A stretch of 64,000 bases of DNA. Source: an uncultured Acidobacteriota bacterium. Its GTDB lineage: Bacteria > Acidobacteriota > Thermoanaerobaculia > Multivoradales > UBA5704. The DNA lies in the NCBI GenBank assembly GCA_963700145.1, contig OY969474.1, positions 3,104,001-3,168,000 of the forward strand, given 5' to 3'. The notes beneath the pieces were generated by a model that did not search any database, had not been told where the DNA came from, and worked only from the letters and a program-made list of their open reading frames with translations. Positions 61,219 through 64,000 of this stretch are shown in pieces; the first letter of the stretch is position 1; every line of letters begins with the position of its first letter. The position numbers were made by a program, and so were the translations under genes.

Positions 61219-63177
61219 TCATTTGACTCCGGCGGCCGTTTGCAGAATCTCTTTCGCCATCTCCTCCAGCTCACGCTGGCTGATGTTGATTCCGATGATG
61301 TCGAAGTTGAGTTTCTCGGTGTCACGCAGACGCCGAGCTATGCCCTCACTCGGCACATCCTTCGGAAGGACTCCGAATATTTTTGTCTTGGAGACACTTC
61401 TTACCCACACAAGGTACTCGTCGTCGCCGATGAAGATGGTTGGTAGCGAGCCGTCCTCGAGTTGATCGAGCCGCTCGATGGTGCCCCGCGCCTGCCCGCC
61501 CAATTCCCCGAGCTTGTGCTCCTTTGCGACTTCTTTCTCGAACTGCTCGAGGCTGCCCTCAAACGGCTGACCAAGTTTCTCAGCCGCGAGCTTGGCCTTC
61601 GCCAGCCGCCGCTCCGCCACAGCCCGCAGCGCTGCGCGATCGGACGCGGTGACGTCGTACACGTATGAGAGCTCTCGCGCGACGGCCTTCCCAGCCTTCG
61701 TCTCATCCACCGCTAGAACCTCTATGACGCCCTGAATACGAGCGCTCTCATCGGCCGTGCGTTGGCCGTACCACTGCTGCCTGATCTCCTGCGACGGCAG
61801 TCTCCAGCCGACGATCCCGTCGCTCAGCTTGCGGCGATGGACGTCCGTGATCATGTATCCGGGGAAGTATTCGGCACGCCGCGCGGTGGCTGCGATGCCG
61901 AGCGCCTTGGCCCCGTGGATGTCCTGCAAGAGTCGCACGGTGCGGCTCTCCTTCAATTCCTCCAGGAGCTGCCCCTTTGCTTGCCCAATGGCCAGGCCCC
62001 TCTCCGTCTTGGCCGCGTCCACGACGCGCTTGAGCGCCAACTCGTCGAGTTCTTTGAGTAACGGGCGGCTCTCGCCGAGTTTGGCAAGGGCAGCGAGCAG
62101 CTTCTTGCGGGAGAGGGAAGCCGCGGGACCCAGCAGGCGACCGGCCGCCGCCGCCGAACCGCCCGGCTGCGAACCTTTCCCCACAAGCGAGGCGAGCGCC
62201 TTCTCCACGTCCTGCGCGAGCTGCGTCGGGAGCGGCTTTTCCGCCTTGAGCAGCTTGCCGGCCTCGCGCACAGCGCGCCGTACGGAGGGGTCAGCGGTGG
62301 CACGCTCACCCATGGTCACGATGAAGGCCCAATGCTGCGCGTCGCGCCCGTAGAGCCGCGCGAGACGCGAAGCGGTATAGAACGCGAACCCGCCCCGCGC
62401 GATGCGCCCGAGCGCCGGCAGCATCATGGCGATGCCGATGATCCCGCGTTCCTCCACGCTCAACTTGCGACAGAACAGATCGCGGCCAGTCGCCGCCTCG
62501 ATCAGCGCCATCGCGTTCCCGACGTACGGCAGGCACGACACGACGAAAGCGATGAGTTCGTCAAGGAGCGCCGGCTCCAGCTTGGTAATTGAGGAGACTT
62601 TGCCGAGCCCAAGGTCTTGCGCCGCTCGTAGCGAGACGACGACGTCCTGCCGCTCTTCCAAAACAGCCACCAAGCCGGCAACGGCCGACGCCTTGTAGAA
62701 GGTTGGGTCGTAGCGGTGCGCGGCCATGTACTCCTGGACGGCGACGAGGAACTCATTCCGGGCCTCCTGGACGCGCGGGTGTTCCTCGATGAAGTATCGC
62801 GTCTCGCAGTCTCCTTGGGTGTGCGCCTTGACGCTGAGAGACCGAAGCGTCGCCCCGACGGCCGCGGTGTACTCGTTCTGCTTCGCGATGACTTCGGCGT
62901 CGGTCGGCTCGTACTGCCGCAGGAGCTCCGCCGCGCGCCTGGCGGAGGCGCTCTGCCAGAGAAATGGGCCGCGGGAGCCCGGCTCCCGTGCCGAGGCATG
63001 CTCGTGGAAGTTGATGACCTCGGCCGGCCGGAGCCTTAGTTCTTCGTCCATCAGCTCAACGATGGTGCGGAGGAGCGCGATGCCGTAGGCGGTCTCCGAG
63101 CCGCCGGCGAGAGCAACGTGAAGTTTGGTGCGCGTTTCCTGGAGCGCGCGACGGTAGTCGTCGATCGTACTGGACAT
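61219..63177 (-). CDS. polymorphic-toxin-like protein with PT-TG-like domain and putative nuclease C-terminus
   Basis: CLPYVGNAMALIEAATGRDLFCRKLSVEER pre-toxin TG pattern; GQLLEE...SDG...DETKAG. Confidence 0.65.
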   Translation of the reverse strand: MSSTIDDYRRALQETRTKLHVALAGGSETAYGIALLRTIVELMDEELRLRPAEVINFHEHASAREPGSRGPFLWQSASARRAAELLRQYEPTDAEVIAKQNEYTAAVGATLRSLSVKAHTQGDCETRYFIEEHPRVQEARNEFLVAVQEYMAAHRYDPTFYKASAVAGLVAVLEERQDVVVSLRAAQDLGLGKVSSITKLEPALLDELIAFVVSCLPYVGNAMALIEAATGRDLFCRKLSVEERGIIGIAMMLPALGRIARGGFAFYTASRLARLYGRDAQHWAFIVTMGERATADPSVRRAVREAGKLLKAEKPLPTQLAQDVEKALASLVGKGSQPGGSAAAAGRLLGPAASLSRKKLLAALAKLGESRPLLKELDELALKRVVDAAKTERGLAIGQAKGQLLEELKESRTVRLLQDIHGAKALGIAATARRAEYFPGYMITDVHRRKLSDGIVGWRLPSQEIRQQWYGQRTADESARIQGVIEVLAVDETKAGKAVARELSYVYDVTASDRAALRAVAERRLAKAKLAAEKLGQPFEGSLEQFEKEVAKEHKLGELGGQARGTIERLDQLEDGSLPTIFIGDDEYLVWVRSVSKTKIFGVLPKDVPSEGIARRLRDTEKLNFDIIGINISQRELEEMAKEILQTAAGVK

Positions 63178-63215
63178 GGTTGGGTGGCGGGGCGTGGTTG
63201 CCACCGCCCGCCTTC

Positions 63216-64000
63216 TCAAGTGAACTTGGGCAGTCCGGCGTCCGGCTGGAGCCATACCAACGTTGTCGGGACGGTGAACTCCCAGGGTGTTCCTTCCGGA
63301 GTCGCGCCCGCGAGGTCGTCAGTCTGGTTGCGTATCTCTTCGGTAATCGAGATGTAGAGGTCGCTCCCGAGCGTGGGCCGCTCGCCCCCGTGCCAGACCT
63401 TTTTCCCCAGGTCCGTCTCCTTCGACTGAAGCAGGTACTGCACAGCATCAGCGTAAGGCATCGGCACCGGCACCACGACGCGTGCCGCTCCAGCGGTGAG
63501 GAAGCGGGCGAAAAGGGGGTCTGGATCCGACAGGTTGCTCACCTCGACCCAGTTCCTCTTCCGCCCCCAGAAGTACGGGTAGAACAGGTACGTCATCTGC
63601 TCCCACTCGAAGGCCTGCTCGAAGAACTGGACGATGCGACCCTCCGCGAGCGCCTCCAGCACTTGTACCTCGGGATGGTGCGCGGGCTTATCCGCTGGGT
63701 CCGTCATCGCGTTGAACTGCTTGAAGTGCTGCCCCGTCATCATGGTGATGCAAAGCTTTTTGAGTTCATCCTTCTCGATGGTCCTGTTCAGCCCGGGGTT
63801 CCGGCCCTCGATTGCGATCCCGCCGGCTGCCTCTGCCTGCGCGACCTTCTGGTCGTAGGCATTCTTCAGCGCTTGGTACGCAGCCTGAATCTTGTCGAAG
63901 GTCTGGAGCTGCCACTTTTGTAACGTCCGCTGCCCAGCGTCATCGCGCAAACAGACACCCTGGGCATTGACCGCGAAGCCTCTCACGTCGTAGGCCGCGA
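63216..64000 (-). CDS. C-terminal part of a large uncharacterised protein (runs off the window)
   Basis: Open frame with conserved-looking FFEQAFEWEQM.Y.FYPYFW, DPLFARFLTAGAARVVVPV and PTTLV motifs. Confidence 0.75.
   Translation of the reverse strand, partial: AAYDVRGFAVNAQGVCLRDDAGQRTLQKWQLQTFDKIQAAYQALKNAYDQKVAQAEAAGGIAIEGRNPGLNRTIEKDELKKLCITMMTGQHFKQFNAMTDPADKPAHHPEVQVLEALAEGRIVQFFEQAFEWEQMTYLFYPYFWGRKRNWVEVSNLSDPDPLFARFLTAGAARVVVPVPMPYADAVQYLLQSKETDLGKKVWHGGERPTLGSDLYISITEEIRNQTDDLAGATPEGTPWEFTVPTTLVWLQPDAGLPKFT

Overview
GC-rich bacterial chromosomal window. The gene repertoire (Oar-like TonB receptor, CHAT-TPR/ECF module, TPR proteins with a Zn-finger-like N-terminus, cupredoxin-Calx-beta-FN3 secreted protein) suggests Acidobacteriota, probably Thermoanaerobaculia; this is inference, no marker gene is present. 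It holds about 60 genes: metabolic genes (pfkA, two tandem gap paralogues, gdhA, GDPD, S9/S41/M3-like peptidases, amidohydrolase, a Rieske-GcvT-2xFAD-oxidoreductase cluster), two ECF sigma/anti-sigma pairs, several toxin-antitoxin modules and TA relics, an ATPase + MAD4-like defence pair, an HNH nuclease and, at the right end, a PT-TG polymorphic-toxin-like gene. I saw no rRNA, tRNA, CRISPR array or intact transposase. Most notable: (1) four intergenic arrays with 21-bp periodicity, three with palindromic cores of different sequence, two of them directly upstream of members of the same uncharacterised helical-protein family; (2) a GAPDH paralogue lacking the catalytic Cys, translationally coupled to the active gap; (3) a lipoprotein CHAT protease/ECF/anti-sigma locus with two small genes repeating a GG-x-(I/V)...PP motif; (4) an XRE/TPR/TPR/secreted-peptide cassette resembling a peptide-signalling system. 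All family assignments come from motif recognition by eye; no searches were run.
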